Part shown: piece after piece, positions 29,637 through 31,768 of the stretch
How the letters are laid out: each line of letters starts with the position of its first letter
How positions within the stretch are numbered: position 1 is the first letter of the stretch
Assembly: GCA_020860805.1 (NCBI GenBank)
Contig: JAJBTP010000507.1
Location: 1-31,768, forward strand
From: Tannerellaceae bacterium
GTDB lineage: Bacteria > Bacteroidota > Bacteroidia > Bacteroidales > Tannerellaceae
DNA length: 31,768 nucleotides
Direction of reading: 5' to 3'
Position numbers and translations under genes: made by a program
The notes under the pieces: generated by a model
The model's database searches: none
What the model was told of the DNA's origin: nothing
What the model saw: only the letters and a program-made list of their open reading frames with translations

Positions 29637-29733
29637 ACTATGTTTTTCTTTATATGCACCGGGACTAAACATCTGTTTGTTTGTTTTCGTCCCGGTGACT
29701 TGATTTACAAAGGCGTGAGAATTGATTTATTAT

Positions 29734-31767
29734 TTATTCTTCTAACAGGTTTACCTCTTTCACTTCTCCTGTATGCCGGTTTACCCTGAGCGTTTTGATT
29801 TCGCAGGGGCGGAAATCACCTTCCCAGGTTGTGTTGACAACCGGTAAGTCGATTGTAGCGGCAGAGGCTTTTCCCTGTGTTTCTATGCATCGCATGATGA
29901 GGTCAGCTCCTTTCTCCGATATTTTTATGGAGGATAGGAGTATGTTGGGCTCTTGTACGTTCATGAAGGAGGCTGACCTGGGTAGCTTACCCGGATGGAT
30001 ACCCTGATAAACGATTGTAGAGGGGGTTAAAAACTCTTCTGCCAGAGCCGGGAGGTTAATATCCTGCCAGGAACCGGTATGAGGAACTAATTTCATCCGG
30101 AATGTTTGTATACCCTGGTCCATCCAGATATATTCTTTTTCCGGTTCCAGCTTTTTAGGGTCATGATGTGCATATACGGCAGAGCGTACAACGGAGAGAT
30201 GCATATCTGTGCCCTTCACATCATATCCGTATTTTGCATCATTTAGCAGGGCGAATCCATAGGTTTTATTACCTTTTTTCCCGGTGACGTCAATCCAACG
30301 TTGGCCGGGCACTTCGTTGCCGTTGTTTTTTCTTACAAGGTAGCCATACGGTATTTCATAGGTTGCTTCTGAGGTTTCTGTATTTACCGGAAAGGAGAAT
30401 TTCAGTATTTTTAGTCTTTCATGCCAATCCAGTGTTACTTTTGCTTCGGGCATTCGTGAACCTGCGTAGAGTGTCCAGTCTATTGTCAGGGTTGATTTAC
30501 CATAGGTTGAATGAACCCGTAGCGTGGCTTTTAAAGGACCGCTTTCTATTATTTTGAAAGTGGCATTCCCAAAGGCTTCTATTTCCTTGGAGTAGTGAGT
30601 TACCGCATGGCTCCAGCTATCACTCGGGTCATCCATTACAACGGCACGGCATCCTTTTGCTCCTCCTTTAAAGACTTCTTTTCCATTTGCTTTATCCGTG
30701 ATACTTAAACAGCCTTCTGTAGAAAATCTGATTTTGATATACTGATTTTCGATACTGTTGTTTTGAATCGTAACGGGGTGTTGGATGGTGGCCGGTTGTC
30801 CTTTTCTTATTCGTAACTGGCGATATCCCATCGGAGGGATGGATGCTTGTATACATATCATTCGCCGGTCGGATGTTTCGGAAGCTCCGCTTACCCACTG
30901 GTGGGGTAATGGGTTTCCGTTTTCATCTTCTACGTGTGAGGTTCCGGGATTTTTACCAAAGATACCCAGTTCATATTCCAGGTGTTCTTTTACTTCCCGG
31001 GCGTGTGGATTAAAGACTACGAGGTATTTGGAGTCGGAGTCTTCTGTAGGTATCTGCCATTCCAGTTTTTGTAATGCCAGGTAACGTAGGCGGTTGGCTG
31101 TGTCGAGTGCATAGGTATAACCTTCCAGTGCTGTTTGTGAATGCTGGAACAGGGAGGAACCTGCCAGGCTATCATGGAATTGCATAAACAGGACTCTGTG
31201 CCATGCTTTGGTCAGGTCTTCTGCGGGGTAACTGACTTTCCATGCCAGTGTTCCTAATGCGGTTACTTTTTCAGTATGTATCAAAGCTGCTTCAGCCAGC
31301 CGGTTGTTTTTCTTTATACTACTTTCGGCTGTATAACAACCTACTGCATGGTATTGTAAATCATCTTTTACAACGGGTATCTGTATACTTTTATCGGCAC
31401 GGATATCGTCAAAGTACCGGTCAGCTGAACTGTAGAATAGGGTGGGAGCTCCTTTTTCTTTTTTCAGTGCTTCTATGGATTTGATGGTTTCTTTGGTGGG
31501 GCCGCCTCCGTGGTCGCCTACTCCGTAAAATGACATATAGGATTTCATGGGTTGCGTCTCTCTTTCGTCCATAATCAATCCGATACGTTTATGGACTGTT
31601 TTCTCTTCGTTGTACCCTTTCGGTATCCGGTAAGCCTGTACTTTTGAACCATCCGGACTTTCCCACCAGAAGAGTTCTGCCGGAAGGTTTTTTTCGTGTG
31701 GTTCGGGCCGTAAGAAGGTATAACTATCCAATCCCTGTAATTTGAAAATCTGGGGCAGGGTGCCTGC
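29734..31767 (-). CDS. Glycoside hydrolase family 38 alpha-mannosidase-like protein, 5'-truncated by the window edge
   Basis: Frame stays open to the window end (AGTLPQIFKLQGLDSYTFLRP). Motifs YGVGDHGGGPT, HAVGCYT, QFHDSLAG, YEIPYG, LLNDAKYGY. The nucleophile motif would lie just beyond 31768. Confidence 0.9.
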   Translation of the reverse strand, partial: AGTLPQIFKLQGLDSYTFLRPEPHEKNLPAELFWWESPDGSKVQAYRIPKGYNEEKTVHKRIGLIMDERETQPMKSYMSFYGVGDHGGGPTKETIKSIEALKKEKGAPTLFYSSADRYFDDIRADKSIQIPVVKDDLQYHAVGCYTAESSIKKNNRLAEAALIHTEKVTALGTLAWKVSYPAEDLTKAWHRVLFMQFHDSLAGSSLFQHSQTALEGYTYALDTANRLRYLALQKLEWQIPTEDSDSKYLVVFNPHAREVKEHLEYELGIFGKNPGTSHVEDENGNPLPHQWVSGASETSDRRMICIQASIPPMGYRQLRIRKGQPATIQHPVTIQNNSIENQYIKIRFSTEGCLSITDKANGKEVFKGGAKGCRAVVMDDPSDSWSHAVTHYSKEIEAFGNATFKIIESGPLKATLRVHSTYGKSTLTIDWTLYAGSRMPEAKVTLDWHERLKILKFSFPVNTETSEATYEIPYGYLVRKNNGNEVPGQRWIDVTGKKGNKTYGFALLNDAKYGYDVKGTDMHLSVVRSAVYAHHDPKKLEPEKEYIWMDQGIQTFRMKLVPHTGSWQDINLPALAEEFLTPSTIVYQGIHPGKLPRSASFMNVQEPNILLSSIKISEKGADLIMRCIETQGKASAATIDLPVVNTTWEGDFRPCEIKTLRVNRHTGEVKEVNLLEE

Positions 31768-31768
31768 A

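Overview
Bacteroidales-type, AT-rich DNA made almost entirely of two convergent polysaccharide utilisation loci (PULs) that meet at about 17.6 kb. PUL-A (+ strand, 65-17578) runs: AraC regulator, Tat-exported clan GH-A 'cellulase-like' hydrolase, SusC, SusD, surface lipoprotein, SGNH esterase, GH2, a REP-like palindrome element, cupin PGI-type isomerase, ROK kinase, long type-I PMI, second cupin PGI-type isomerase, sugar porter. PUL-B (- strand, 31768-17690) runs: GH38 (cut by the window edge), MFS transporter, ROK kinase, GmhA-like SIS isomerase, HU-like DNA-binding protein, ECF sigma, FecR anti-sigma, STN-type SusC, SusD, GH30. Nine genes are split or lose their start codon through 17 small indels, all in homopolymers or dinucleotide repeats, plus one in-frame TAA. 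I read these mainly as sequencing or assembly error and report reconstructed gene boundaries. The best leads are (i) the GH38-MFS-ROK-GmhA-like module, which on chemical logic could be a manno-heptose salvage or catabolic pathway, and (ii) the PUL-A tail, where one atypical ROK kinase sits with three cupin isomerases, suggesting a non-canonical monosaccharide pathway fed by a poorly characterised GH-A family. No rRNA, tRNA, CRISPR array or transposase was seen. All family assignments come from motif recognition; no database search was run.
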